From: an uncultured Ignavibacteriaceae bacterium
Lineage (GTDB): Bacteria; Bacteroidota; Ignavibacteria; UBA10030; BY39
Length of the DNA: 64,000 nt
Assembly: GCA_964437735.1 (NCBI GenBank)
Contig: CAYTID010000001.1
Coordinates: 8,169 to 72,168, forward strand
Reading direction: 5' to 3'
Position 1 is the stretch's first letter, and every line of letters starts with the position of its first letter. The notes under the pieces were generated by a model that saw only the letters and a list, made by a program, of their open reading frames with translations, was not told the DNA's origin and did no database searches. The position numbers were made by a program, and so were the translations under genes. Positions 51,646 through 61,987 of the stretch are shown here, piece by piece.

Positions 51646-52614
51646 TTAGTATAAAGTCTTTATTTTTTTTGTTATTTGATAAAATTCGCTTACTATATTC
51701 TCAACAATATCTTTCGCTGAAAGAATTTCTTTAATCATACCGGCGCATTGTCCGGCTTCGATCTCCCCCTCAATCAGGTCTCCATCAAAAATTGCCGCTT
51801 TTTCACGCCCTTTTCCGAGAAGATCTGTTAATTGCTCTTTCGTTGCTCCTTTTTTTTCAGCGTCAATGACTCTCATCGCGAAATCATTTTTAATTAGTCG
51901 AACAGGTGTTATTTTTTTCATCAACAAAATAGTACTTGTGTCATCAGCATTAATTACAGAGCGTTTATAATTTTCACTGGCGGACGATTCATGTGATACG
52001 GCAAAACGTGTCCCGATTTGAACTGCTTCAGCCCCTAACATAAAAGCTGCTGCCATTCCTCTTCCGTCAGCAATACCACCAGCGGCTATCACGGGAATTT
52101 TTACGGCATCGACAACCTGAGGAACAAGGACAAATGTTGTAATTTCATCCAAACCGTTGTGACCTCCGGCTTCAAATCCTTCGGCAACTACGGCATCGCA
52201 ACCTGCACTTTCAGCTTTCAACGCATATTTAACAGATGGAACGACATGAACGACCAGACAACCGGCTTGTTTCAATTTACCTATAAACTTTCCCGGATGT
52301 CCTGCTGAAGTGAATATTATTTTAATCTTTTCATCAATTGCAACATTTATAAGATCCTCAGCATCTCCCCTGAGTAACGGAATATTGACTCCAAAGGGTT
52401 TTGAAGTAGATGCCTTTACTTTATTAATATGTTCGCGGAGTAAATCAGGCTTCATAGAACCGGCGCCGATCAACCCTAAACCACCCGCTTCCGAAACTGC
52501 GGAAGCCAGCTTCCATCCCGATACCCATACCATACCGGCTTGAATAATCGGATACTGTATTTTAAATAAGTTTGTAATACGAGTTTCGATTGGAGAGAAA
52601 GGATTTTCGTTCAA
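51646..52614 (-). CDS. NAD(P)H-dependent flavin oxidoreductase (nitronate monooxygenase / FabK-like TIM barrel)
   Basis: IQAGMVWVSGWKLASAVSEAGGLGLIG and the FMN-binding pattern. 322 aa. Confidence 0.7.
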   Translation of the reverse strand: MNENPFSPIETRITNLFKIQYPIIQAGMVWVSGWKLASAVSEAGGLGLIGAGSMKPDLLREHINKVKASTSKPFGVNIPLLRGDAEDLINVAIDEKIKIIFTSAGHPGKFIGKLKQAGCLVVHVVPSVKYALKAESAGCDAVVAEGFEAGGHNGLDEITTFVLVPQVVDAVKIPVIAAGGIADGRGMAAAFMLGAEAVQIGTRFAVSHESSASENYKRSVINADDTSTILLMKKITPVRLIKNDFAMRVIDAEKKGATKEQLTDLLGKGREKAAIFDGDLIEGEIEAGQCAGMIKEILSAKDIVENIVSEFYQITKKIKTLY

Positions 52615-52617
52615 TTA

Positions 52618-53634
52618 TTACCTCCCTGGTATCAATTCAGAAACGGGCGCCGATACAAAAGAAATCGAATAGAAAGCAAACCCATTAGAATAAGAGTATA
52701 TTTTTAAAATATGTTCACCGAACTCCCGGTTGTCTACGACGTTATATAAATTTGCTTCATTAATCACAACGTAACTTCTCCCTTCTTCATCGATACGAAT
52801 ATCTTTTCCGGCATTTTCGTGTGTCAGAAAATTATCATCCTGCATAACAAAGACCTGAAATTTTTTTTCCCCTTCAGGTTTTATTACAACATTAACTTCC
52901 TTAGCCTGATATCTGAGTTTTATGTTCCCTTCTTGGATTTCTTCGTTTTCCATTTTAATAAAATGCTGATTAATCAACCAATTACCACTAAGATAAACGC
53001 GTCCTTCAAGATAATATCCCGGATCGGTATAATTAAAAACAGATTGTGGAAAATATCCCTCAGTATTTCCGATTGTACCACGCCTGAATCCCACCTGAAT
53101 TTCGGGCGTTGCGCGGTGAATATGAACTCCGGATTTATCAATTTCGCGGATTGGTTCCATAAGTAAAGGTAATTCACCCCGCCCAATATCTGCGAGCATT
53201 GTTTGTATTGAGTTTTCAAATGCTTGGAAGGAACCTCCACCCTCATGTATAATTCTGATAAATCCTGCTTTGTCGATTAAAATTTTTGATGGGTGAATTC
53301 TGAGCTTGAAGTTGCTCCATATACGATGTTCATTATCCATTACGACTGGATATGCTATCGAGTTTTTCTGAATCGATTTTTGAACAAAAGCAGGATCAGC
53401 TGAAAATGGAAATTTAGGTGAGTGAACGCCTATAACAACGAATCCGTATTTTTCATACCGCTTATGCCACTCCTTTACGTATGAAAGTCCATGGAGTGAA
53501 TTATAATCTGTGCTGTCCCAAAAATCGAGTAAAATTATATGACCACCCAAAGCGGTGATTGGAATCGGTTCGGAATTAAACCAATAATCGCCGTAAATTT
53601 CAGGCACACGATATTTTTGCTCTAACATATCCAT
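52618..53634 (-). CDS. Thioredoxin-fold (TlpA/redoxin-like) protein with a DUF C-terminal domain; the CxxC cysteines appear to be absent
   Basis: ILLDFWDSTDYNSLHGLSYVKEWHKRYEKYGFVVIGVHSP...AYPVVMD aligns by eye to TlpA/ResA (vLlnFWASWCGPC...lqelyekykdkGfeVlgVs...fPvllD). Asp and Ser replace the Cys residues. Confidence 0.5.
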   Translation of the reverse strand: MDMLEQKYRVPEIYGDYWFNSEPIPITALGGHIILLDFWDSTDYNSLHGLSYVKEWHKRYEKYGFVVIGVHSPKFPFSADPAFVQKSIQKNSIAYPVVMDNEHRIWSNFKLRIHPSKILIDKAGFIRIIHEGGGSFQAFENSIQTMLADIGRGELPLLMEPIREIDKSGVHIHRATPEIQVGFRRGTIGNTEGYFPQSVFNYTDPGYYLEGRVYLSGNWLINQHFIKMENEEIQEGNIKLRYQAKEVNVVIKPEGEKKFQVFVMQDDNFLTHENAGKDIRIDEEGRSYVVINEANLYNVVDNREFGEHILKIYSYSNGFAFYSISFVSAPVSELIPGR

Positions 53635-53697
53635 TACAATTAAAATATAGAAAAATCGTTATGATTATGCAATGGGAGGATTGCGACTGCAAGTAAC

Positions 53698-54297
53698 TTA
53701 CTTCAGATTCAATTTCTCAAGCTTAGGTTTTATTACATATTCGCAATATGGCGCACTGGGATTGTTATTAAAGTAATCCTGATGATAGTTTTCTGCTTTG
53801 TAATATTTTTTGAGAGGTTGTATTTCAGAAACTATCGGTGATTCGAAATATTTTGCCGCCTCTTTTTTACTTTTTTCAGCTGCCAGTTTTTGCTTTTCGT
53901 TATGATAAAAAATTACCGATCTGTACTGAGTGCCTATATCTGCTCCCTGACGGTTTAGAGTCGTCGGATCATGAGATTTCCAAAATACTCCAAGTATTTG
54001 CTCATAAGACACTTTTTCCGAATCGAATGTCAACTGAGCGACTTCAGCGTGCCCCGAATTTCCTGAACTGACCTCTTTATATGTCGGATTTATGATCGTT
54101 CCTCCTGTGTAACCCACCTCGACATTCGTCACACCATCGATCCTCTCAAATACCGCTTCGACACACCAAAAGCAGCCTGCACCGAGTGTCGTTTTTTCAG
54201 GTTTTTTATCCATAGAATAAATATTATTTGAAATATGAAAGATTGAAATGATTGTAATGATTGTAAATATTTTAATGATTAAATGCTTCATTACCAT
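53698..54297 (-). CDS. msrA: Peptide methionine sulfoxide reductase MsrA, with N-terminal signal peptide
   Basis: Catalytic GAGCFWC motif. Start moved to MVMKHLIIKIFTIITIISIF (signal peptide). The longer 250-aa reading adds an unlikely 51-aa leader. Confidence 0.85.
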   Translation of the reverse strand: MVMKHLIIKIFTIITIISIFHISNNIYSMDKKPEKTTLGAGCFWCVEAVFERIDGVTNVEVGYTGGTIINPTYKEVSSGNSGHAEVAQLTFDSEKVSYEQILGVFWKSHDPTTLNRQGADIGTQYRSVIFYHNEKQKLAAEKSKKEAAKYFESPIVSEIQPLKKYYKAENYHQDYFNNNPSAPYCEYVIKPKLEKLNLK

Positions 54298-54479
54298 TTT
54301 TGAATTTAATTTATAAACCGAATGATGTATAAAATCGTTCCGATGATTAAATAATAGGAGAAATGGAATATTGGAGTTATGAACATGGAATGATTGATGA
54401 TTGATCCTGGATAATTGAATTTTCCACTCAATTTTGTTATTTTTGATCACATAATTATAAAATAAAAGGATGCTTTACA

Positions 54480-56549
54480 ATGCTTAAGAATAAAATCATA
54501 TTAATATTTTCAATTATTTCAATAATTACAATCATTTCAATATCAGTAATATCTTGTTCAAAAAAGGAAACAAAAATGGAAGAAAAGAGACAATACAAAT
54601 TGGAACGGGTCGGTCCTGCACAGGTTGTACAGCTTTATGCAGATGGTTTTGATAAACTTACGACAAATGAGAAAATTTTTGCATACTATCTGAATTTAGC
54701 CGGATTGGCAGGCCGCGATATTGCCATCGACCAGCACCATCCGGATGCGCTTGAAGTCCGTGAATTATTTGAACAAATATTCTTATTTCAAAACGGCATC
54801 GATGAAAATGTTATAAACAAAATCACACAATACTTAAAACTGTTCTGGATTAACAATGGATTTTATGATAATCTGACTTCAAAAAAGTTCGTACTTGAGA
54901 TTACATTTGAAGAATTAAAAACAGCTTGCGAAATCGCCAAGAAAAACGGTGCGGCAGTATCAACCGCTGATGAACCGCTCGATAAAAAATTAGCACGTCT
55001 CAAAGAAATAATTATAAATCCGGATTTTGAACCGATGCAGACAAACAAAACTCCCGGTCACGATTGGATAAAAGGAAGCGCAGTAAATTTTTATGAAAAA
55101 GGAATCACTTATTCTGAAGTTGAAAAATGGGCAAGAGCCGGCAACGAAAAAAATTCTCTCAATTCAAAAGTAGTTAATGAAAACGGAAAGCTTGTTGAAA
55201 AAGTTTGGCGCGCCGGAACCGACGGTATTGCTCCTGGTATGTATGCGAAAGATTTGAAGGCTGTCATAAAATATTTAGAAATGGCAATCCCATATGCATC
55301 GGGAGAACATCAGAAACAAACTGTTGAACTCCTTATCAAATATCTGAAGACCGGAGATTTGAATGATTTTAGAGATTATAACATACATTGGGTAAAAGAT
55401 TCATCGAATGTCGATTTTATACTTGGTTTCATCGAAGTGTATCTTGATCCCCGCGGACAAAAAGCCGAGTGGGAAACATCAATTTTCTTTAACGATCCTG
55501 AACAAACCAAACTGATGCAGAACCTTGCAAAGTATGCGCAATATTTTGAAGAGAATGCTCCCTGGCAGGATACTTATAAGAAAAAAATTGAAAAGTCTCC
55601 TATAGCAAATGTCATTAATGTCGTCGGCTCCGGCGGCGGCACCGGACCCGTCAGTCCCATCGGAATTAATTTACCAAACGAGCAGGCGATACGTGAAGAA
55701 CACGGAAGTAAAAGTGTACTGTTGAATAATATTGTTGATGCCTATGATAAATCATCAGGACTGGAAATGACAAAAGAATTTGCCTGGGATGAAAAAGAAG
55801 TGGAATTGCAGGAAAAATATGGATCTTTAGCGAGTAATTTACACACAGCATATCACGAGGTAATCGGACACGGATCGGGAAAGGTGAGTGATAAACTGAT
55901 GGGAAAAGATCCGGCAGATTTTCTCCCCGGATATTACAACACACTTGAAGAAACCCGGGCTGATTTAGTCTCACTTTGGTATGCTTTTGATCCGAAAATT
56001 ATTGATATCGGTTTTGCAAAAGATATGGATGAAGTCAGAAAGATCGGAGAAACAATGTATCAGCAATCAATCCGTGTCGCGATTGCACAACTACGACGGA
56101 TTGGCAAGAGCGATCAGCTTGAGCAGGACCACATGAAAAACAGGCAGCTCATTGCTCATTATATCATGAAAAATTCCGATGCAATTATTACAGAAATAAA
56201 AGATCGAAAAACTTATTACCGCATCGTAAATTATGAATCGATGAAAAAAACTGTCGGAGAGCTTCTTGCAGAAGTAATGCGAATAAAAGCTGAAGGCGAC
56301 TATGAAGCAGCCAAAAAACTGATCGATACTTATGCATTAAAAGTCGATATTGAACTCAGGGACGAAGTTCAGGAACGCGCTGCCAAACTCGATCTCCCAT
56401 CATACACAGGTTTTGTAATGCCTAAACTTGAACCGGTAATGGATCCCGAAGCAAAAATTATTGATGTGAAAGTAAGTTATCCTCTCGATTTAACAAAGCA
56501 AATGTTGGAATATTCATCTTTTACAAAAAATGAGAAACAAATAAAGTAA
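54480..56549 (+). CDS. Dipeptidyl-peptidase III-like zinc metallopeptidase (M49 family), lipoprotein
   Basis: Signal plus lipobox (VISCS). HEVIGH (HExxGH) followed by EETRAD (EExRAE) at M49 spacing. 689 aa. Confidence 0.7.
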   Translation: MLKNKIILIFSIISIITIISISVISCSKKETKMEEKRQYKLERVGPAQVVQLYADGFDKLTTNEKIFAYYLNLAGLAGRDIAIDQHHPDALEVRELFEQIFLFQNGIDENVINKITQYLKLFWINNGFYDNLTSKKFVLEITFEELKTACEIAKKNGAAVSTADEPLDKKLARLKEIIINPDFEPMQTNKTPGHDWIKGSAVNFYEKGITYSEVEKWARAGNEKNSLNSKVVNENGKLVEKVWRAGTDGIAPGMYAKDLKAVIKYLEMAIPYASGEHQKQTVELLIKYLKTGDLNDFRDYNIHWVKDSSNVDFILGFIEVYLDPRGQKAEWETSIFFNDPEQTKLMQNLAKYAQYFEENAPWQDTYKKKIEKSPIANVINVVGSGGGTGPVSPIGINLPNEQAIREEHGSKSVLLNNIVDAYDKSSGLEMTKEFAWDEKEVELQEKYGSLASNLHTAYHEVIGHGSGKVSDKLMGKDPADFLPGYYNTLEETRADLVSLWYAFDPKIIDIGFAKDMDEVRKIGETMYQQSIRVAIAQLRRIGKSDQLEQDHMKNRQLIAHYIMKNSDAIITEIKDRKTYYRIVNYESMKKTVGELLAEVMRIKAEGDYEAAKKLIDTYALKVDIELRDEVQERAAKLDLPSYTGFVMPKLEPVMDPEAKIIDVKVSYPLDLTKQMLEYSSFTKNEKQIK

Positions 56550-56609
56550 TAATTTTTCCCGGTTGGCTGAGACGTATTTATTAAATGCGTCTCAGCTCAT
56601 TTGATAATT

Positions 56610-58016
56610 TCATCTCACTTTTCCTCTCGCCAGTGATGCGAATATACCTAAAAAACAGAGAACTGAAAATATTACGAAAGCAATTTTCATACTCGCCACA
56701 AACTGAGGAATTGAAGATGGAGTTATTTTTGCACTTCCCATATAAATAGCGAATAACAACATTGCCACACCCATACTTAACATCTGTCCGGTTAATCGCA
56801 TAGTCCCGATAGTCGCTGACGCAACTCCGTAAAACCTTCTGTCCACAGAACTCATAACGGCATTTGTATTGGGTGAAGAGAACAACGCAAAACCTAAACC
56901 TAACAAAATCAAATTTAGAACAATAACAAAAATAGTTGATCTGCCTATGAAATAGGCAAATCCTGCAAGTCCTATCGTTATCAAAAACATCCCTATTGAA
57001 GCGACAATTTGCGGTTCAATTTTATCCGATAAGCGGCCTGCAAAAGGCGAAAACATTGCCATTACTATCGGCTGTGAAACTAATACCATTCCTGCGGTTT
57101 GCGGACTTAAAGCTTTAACATACTGAAGATACAAACTTAATAAAAATGTAATAGCAAATGTCGCACTGTAATTAATTAAAGCCGCCAAATTTGAAAATGC
57201 AAAAACATTATTGTAACGAAAAAGTTTTATATCTAAAATCGGATTTTTTGTCTTCGTCTCCCAAAATATGAAGGACAAAAGAATCACAACCCCTGTGATA
57301 ATAGTAAATATTCCTGTTTCTGACGGAAGTTTTGAAAATCCAAACATCAGAAATGTTAGTGATACACTGTATAATATTGATCCGGTGGCATCAAATTTTT
57401 CACCCTTAGCTTCAGCCCATTCACTTTTCAGTTTCCGGAATACTGAAAAGATGATTATTATTCCTAAAAATACATTTGCCAGAAAAACACTTCGCCATCC
57501 CAATTGTTCTGTAAGAAATCCGCCTATAAACGGACCCATCGATAAACCTAAATACACCGCTGCAACATTAATACCAATGGCTTTTCCTCTTTCATTTGCG
57601 GGAAAAACCGAAATAAGGATTGCAATTCCCGTTCCGAACATCATCGCACCGCCGATCCCCTGTATAAAACGAAAAGCGATCATCCACTCACCCGATGGTG
57701 AAAAGACAAGTAAAAGTGAAAATAGTGTATAGAGCAATATTCCGTAAGTAAATATTTTTTTCCTTCCGTGAATATCGGCAATTTTCCCGAACGGTATGAG
57801 AAAAATTGCAGCTGCAAGAAGGTACGCCGTTGCTATCCAACTAAGCGAGATCGCGTCCATTGCCAGTTCACTTCCTATCGAAGGAAGAGCTACATTAACT
57901 GCAGCCGCCATAAACGGTGTAAGAAAAGCCGCAAGCGTGGCAACAAAAAGTGCTGCTTTTTTTTCCTGCTCTTCGGGTAAAATAGTCTTGTTCTGAAAAT
58001 TATCTATTAATTGCAT
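56610..58016 (-). CDS. MFS transporter, 14-TM DHA2 (EmrB/QacA-like) family
   Basis: About 14 hydrophobic helices; MFS motif region (GKIADIHGRKKIF). 468 aa. Confidence 0.8.
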   Translation of the reverse strand: MQLIDNFQNKTILPEEQEKKAALFVATLAAFLTPFMAAAVNVALPSIGSELAMDAISLSWIATAYLLAAAIFLIPFGKIADIHGRKKIFTYGILLYTLFSLLLVFSPSGEWMIAFRFIQGIGGAMMFGTGIAILISVFPANERGKAIGINVAAVYLGLSMGPFIGGFLTEQLGWRSVFLANVFLGIIIIFSVFRKLKSEWAEAKGEKFDATGSILYSVSLTFLMFGFSKLPSETGIFTIITGVVILLSFIFWETKTKNPILDIKLFRYNNVFAFSNLAALINYSATFAITFLLSLYLQYVKALSPQTAGMVLVSQPIVMAMFSPFAGRLSDKIEPQIVASIGMFLITIGLAGFAYFIGRSTIFVIVLNLILLGLGFALFSSPNTNAVMSSVDRRFYGVASATIGTMRLTGQMLSMGVAMLLFAIYMGSAKITPSSIPQFVASMKIAFVIFSVLCFLGIFASLARGKVR

Positions 58017-58039
58017 ACGTGGATTATCTTCTGCATTTT

Positions 58040-58222
58040 TTATGTTTCAAATCCGTTTTCTTTTTGTTGCGAAACGAGAATTGAAGTTATTTCATACCAT
58101 TTACCGGAATAATTAACAATATCGACTGATTGTACTACTTCTAGCAGCGGATAGACTTTACTCTCGGATAGTGTACATCCTGAAAAAATCCCCAAACCAA
58201 TAATTAATATTATTGATTTCAT
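58040..58222 (-). pseudogene. Truncated bacterial lipocalin (Blc-like) remnant
   Basis: Lipoprotein signal (IFSGCTL) and the lipocalin SCR1 motif (NYSGKWYEI). After WYEI, a -1 frame reads NFNSRF, which resembles the Blc continuation RFDHRFE. The ORF stops after 60 aa; intact lipocalins are about 170 aa. Confidence 0.45.
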
Positions 58223-58273
58223 ATTTTCCTCTTTTTTTATAACAACATATTAATAATGTCATAAAATTTACAG

Positions 58274-58318
58274 TAAAAACAAAACCACCAAACCTTTCAA
58301 GAAAAGATTTAGTGGTTT
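58274..58318 (-). terminator. Possible terminator of the M1 aminopeptidase gene (7-bp stem aaaccac/gtggttt, long loop, U-rich tail)
   Basis: Hairpin 58282-58318. On the minus strand it is followed by a U-rich run (A-rich 58274-58284 on plus). The loop is about 23 nt, so this is weak. Confidence 0.4.
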
Positions 58319-58344
58319 CATATGAGATTGTTAGCGATTTGATA

Positions 58345-60645
58345 CTATTTAATTAAGATTAATTTTTTCGTCTGCACAAATGGTCCTGCTATTAACCTGT
58401 AAAAATAAACGCCATTGTTCAATGAAGATGCATTCCAATTCACAGTATATTTTCCGGCAGGTTGATATTGTGATAATAGTGTAGCAACTTCTTCTCCTAA
58501 CACATTAAATATTTTTAATGTAATATAGCTGTTAACGGGTAAATGATAATTGATAACAGTTTCGGGATTAAAAGGATTAGGATAATTCTGAAACAAACTA
58601 TACTCATCGGGGATTCCTAATTCTTCTTTAGCAGATGTTTGGTTGGAAGTCGTAAAAGTCCATTTTTCCGACCAAGCGGAAGTACCTCCCGAATTTTTTG
58701 CTCTTACCCGCCAAAAATATCTTGTTTTCCCATTTAAATTACCTAATTGGTACCATATGTTTGTAAGTGTTGAGTCACTAAATTGAATTGTACTAAAAAT
58801 TGAATCAGTTGATACTTGTATGTGATATGTCGCAGCACCTGCAGTTTCACTCCAAATTAAAGGTAAAGATGTCGGCTGATTTGTTAAACCATTTTCGGGT
58901 AAGGATAGTACAGGTGCAGAGAGTGTATTACCAACACTCAAACTTGCCGATTTCAAAACAATGTGATTCGACGGATCAAACTGAAGTGTTAACGGTTGTC
59001 GGTTAAAACGAAATCCAAAAGATTGATTATTTACATCATTCATAACTCTAATAAGGGTGTCAGGTCCGCTTGCGAATGTGATCTTGATTTCCAGAGGCAT
59101 CTTAAAGAACGGGGGATTCGATTGAGTCTGGCGGGCTCTGAATCCTACCATCCATTCCCCTCCTCCCAACGATGTAAAATTATAGGTATTCTGGTATGCC
59201 GGGTGGTTTGGCTGATAAATCCACTGATTAGAGAACCAGCTTATATCCTGTCCGATATAATTACTGAATCTGCTGATAAAATCTTCTGTCACCGCACTCT
59301 TGTGCATGAAAAATACCGAATCTGTCGCATACTTTTTTATCCCGTGAAAAAAGAGCGAGTCACCCAATGTATATCTCAGCATGTGCAGCACACAGGCGCC
59401 TTTGTTATAAGTAATAGCAGTATTAAATAATGTGGAAGTTGGTGGAGTCGTCACTGCCCAGGAAGGATTGTAGATTGGCCACCCTGGATTTGAACCAAGA
59501 TACTGCGTTGCCGCGCTGTTAATTTTATTTTTGTATGAGGTATAACCTCCGCTGTATTCTAACCAGAGTGCTTCCCCGTATGTGGCGAATCCTTCATTCA
59601 ACCATAAATCTGCCCATGTTCCGGGTGAAATCATATCTCCAAACCACTGATGGGCGTGCTCATGTGCAATTAAAGTTTCGCTATTCCAGCAATTTGAACA
59701 TAAACTCGTCAATGTCTGATTTTCCATTCCACCCCAAGTAAATTGTGAAGTACCGATGGTGGCGAAACCGTTTTTTTCAAAAGGATACTCTCCGAACAGA
59801 TTTGAGAAATGATCAGTCATCGGTAAAATCTTTGTTTTTATATTATTTAGATTCGTAGTATTTTCACCACTATTCCAATAAAATCTAATCGGTATCTTTT
59901 CATTAGGATTACTAAGCTTTGTCCAATGAACAATATCCAAATTGTAATTTACCCTGCCGGTCATAACCATCAAATATGTTGAGATCGGGTCTCGGCTAAT
60001 CCAATTATAGTAAATTGTGTCAGCGACTCGTATCGAATCGGCAAGTCTGCCGTTTGAACCCAATTTAACGGTTGCAGGTACTTTTGCGGTCAAATCCAAT
60101 GTTGCTTTATCGGATGGCTTATCCCAACAAGGAAACCATTTTCTTGCACCTTCAGGTTGGCAGTCAGTAAAAACAATTCCGTTCGTAGCATAAAAAGCAT
60201 TATCAGTTACATTATTATGCTTGTAATAAATAAGCACATCAGTCACTTCGCCGGAAAGATAAGTTCTATTAAGATTAATTGTCAAAATATTTGATGCATG
60301 TGTGAATGAGATTCCGGCAATCTTTACTGAATCAACTACCAGAGAAGTATTAACGGCATTCAAGGTAATCGAATTCAATGCAGAATCAACCCTGAATGTC
60401 ACCTTCACACTTCCGCTAAATGATTTAGGAAAAGGAGATAAAAAACAATTATACAGATCGAGATTCAATTTATAATTCAATACATCGAATGAATGTTTAG
60501 GACTTTCTTCTGTATTGAACAAGCTACCCAGATTCGGAGAATTAATTTTCTTCTGTGAACAAAAATCAGCCCCGTCTAAATTTTCATTCTGGCTAAAAGA
60601 ATAATAACTCGCCAATAAGTAAAGAAATAAAACATACTTGTACAT
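58345..60645 (-). CDS. Secreted M1-family zinc aminopeptidase with FN3-like domain and T9SS C-terminal sorting domain
   Basis: Gluzincin motif HEHAHQWFGD...(18)...WLNEGFATYGE and GAMEN-like GGMEN. C-terminus ...GVYFYRLIAGPFVQTKKLILIK (Por_Secre_tail). 766 aa. Confidence 0.85.
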   Translation of the reverse strand: MYKYVLFLYLLASYYSFSQNENLDGADFCSQKKINSPNLGSLFNTEESPKHSFDVLNYKLNLDLYNCFLSPFPKSFSGSVKVTFRVDSALNSITLNAVNTSLVVDSVKIAGISFTHASNILTINLNRTYLSGEVTDVLIYYKHNNVTDNAFYATNGIVFTDCQPEGARKWFPCWDKPSDKATLDLTAKVPATVKLGSNGRLADSIRVADTIYYNWISRDPISTYLMVMTGRVNYNLDIVHWTKLSNPNEKIPIRFYWNSGENTTNLNNIKTKILPMTDHFSNLFGEYPFEKNGFATIGTSQFTWGGMENQTLTSLCSNCWNSETLIAHEHAHQWFGDMISPGTWADLWLNEGFATYGEALWLEYSGGYTSYKNKINSAATQYLGSNPGWPIYNPSWAVTTPPTSTLFNTAITYNKGACVLHMLRYTLGDSLFFHGIKKYATDSVFFMHKSAVTEDFISRFSNYIGQDISWFSNQWIYQPNHPAYQNTYNFTSLGGGEWMVGFRARQTQSNPPFFKMPLEIKITFASGPDTLIRVMNDVNNQSFGFRFNRQPLTLQFDPSNHIVLKSASLSVGNTLSAPVLSLPENGLTNQPTSLPLIWSETAGAATYHIQVSTDSIFSTIQFSDSTLTNIWYQLGNLNGKTRYFWRVRAKNSGGTSAWSEKWTFTTSNQTSAKEELGIPDEYSLFQNYPNPFNPETVINYHLPVNSYITLKIFNVLGEEVATLLSQYQPAGKYTVNWNASSLNNGVYFYRLIAGPFVQTKKLILIK

Positions 60646-60761
60646 AATATACCTTTAATTAATAAAAAAAATCATATCAAGTTAATATTATTTTAGATAA
60701 TTCAAAATTGATTACAACTTTCAATTTTTGTAAATTAACATTAAATATTATAGGAGTAAAT

Positions 60762-61919
60762 ATGAAAATTGGAATCTTAACAGGCGGCGGTGACGTACCG
60801 GGCTTAAATTCGGCAATAAAAGCGGCTGTTCATCGCTCAGTGGAAATGGGACACGAAGTTATCGGTATCCGGAAAGGCTGGGCAGGATTATTATATTTTA
60901 ATCCGGACGACCCAAAAACTTTTAATGGTAACTTAGTTCACCTGACGAAAACAGGAACACGGACAATAGACCGAACAGGAGGAACGATCCTGCATACATC
61001 AAGGACGAATCCGGGAAAAGTCAGATTCAAAGATATTCCGCAATTCCTTGTCAATACGGATGACAGATTTGAAAAAAATATAACATACGACTACACAGCA
61101 CATATATTAAAAGTACTTGAACATTTGCAGATCGATAGCTTGATCACGATCGGCGGAGACGATACACTTAGTTACACTGTTCGACTTCACAAAGAAGGTT
61201 TTCCTGTTGTAGCAATACCAAAAACAATGGATAACGATGTTTTCGGGACTGATTATTGTATTGGATTTTCAACCGCGATAACTCGAAGTGTTGATTTCAT
61301 AGATGCATTGAGAACGCCCGCCGGTTCACACGAGAGGATTGCCGTTGTCGAATTATTCGGTAGATATTCGGGTGAAACATCTCTTATCTCTGCCTACCTC
61401 GCGGGTGTTGACAGAGCTGTAATATCAGAAGTAGATTTCGATATCGACCGGTTATGCCGATTCATCGATGACGACAAAAAAAACAATCCCAGCAATTATG
61501 CTATAATGACAATTTCCGAAGGAGCCAAAATGGTAGGCGGCGATATGATCATTACCGGTGAACCCGACGCATATGGTCATAAAAAATTAGGCGGAATCGG
61601 ATATATTGTTAGTCAGGAAATTCAAAAACGGACAGGCCACCTGACTATCTACCAACAACTCGCTTATCTGATGAGATCCGGCGAACCAGATGCGCTGGAT
61701 AGAATGGTGAGCACAAGCTATGGTTATTTGGCTGCCGATTTGATAAATACCAAACAATTCGGTAAACTGGTTGCACTGCAAGACGGGAAATACAGCTTTG
61801 TATCAATAGAATTAATAACGCAAGGAAACAAACGTGTCGATGTGCGTGAATTATACGACGCAGAAAACTATAAACCCAGAGTAAGGCACTTTTTGAATAA
61901 ACCAATGTTTTTATACTAA
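60762..61919 (+). CDS. pfp: 6-phosphofructokinase, predicted pyrophosphate-dependent type
   Basis: Start moved to [16 protein letters not shown] (AGGAG RBS at 60753-60757). GGDDT rather than GGDGS, and PKTMDND with Lys in place of Gly; these are the substitutions I recall as diagnostic for PPi- versus ATP-dependent PFKs. Confidence 0.75.
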   Translation: MKIGILTGGGDVPGLNSAIKAAVHRSVEMGHEVIGIRKGWAGLLYFNPDDPKTFNGNLVHLTKTGTRTIDRTGGTILHTSRTNPGKVRFKDIPQFLVNTDDRFEKNITYDYTAHILKVLEHLQIDSLITIGGDDTLSYTVRLHKEGFPVVAIPKTMDNDVFGTDYCIGFSTAITRSVDFIDALRTPAGSHERIAVVELFGRYSGETSLISAYLAGVDRAVISEVDFDIDRLCRFIDDDKKNNPSNYAIMTISEGAKMVGGDMIITGEPDAYGHKKLGGIGYIVSQEIQKRTGHLTIYQQLAYLMRSGEPDALDRMVSTSYGYLAADLINTKQFGKLVALQDGKYSFVSIELITQGNKRVDVRELYDAENYKPRVRHFLNKPMFLY

Positions 61920-61987
61920 AAATAAATTGGTACGATAGTCTTTAGACTATCGAAAAAAATTATATCATAAAAAAAGTTGGAGAACTC

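Noticed and set aside
54230-54300. Short tandem (a)tgattgta / tgattga motifs that looked like a microsatellite.
   Set aside because: They fall inside the MsrA signal-peptide coding region (IFTIITIISIF). The repetition reflects the Ile/Thr-rich hydrophobic core, not a regulatory repeat.
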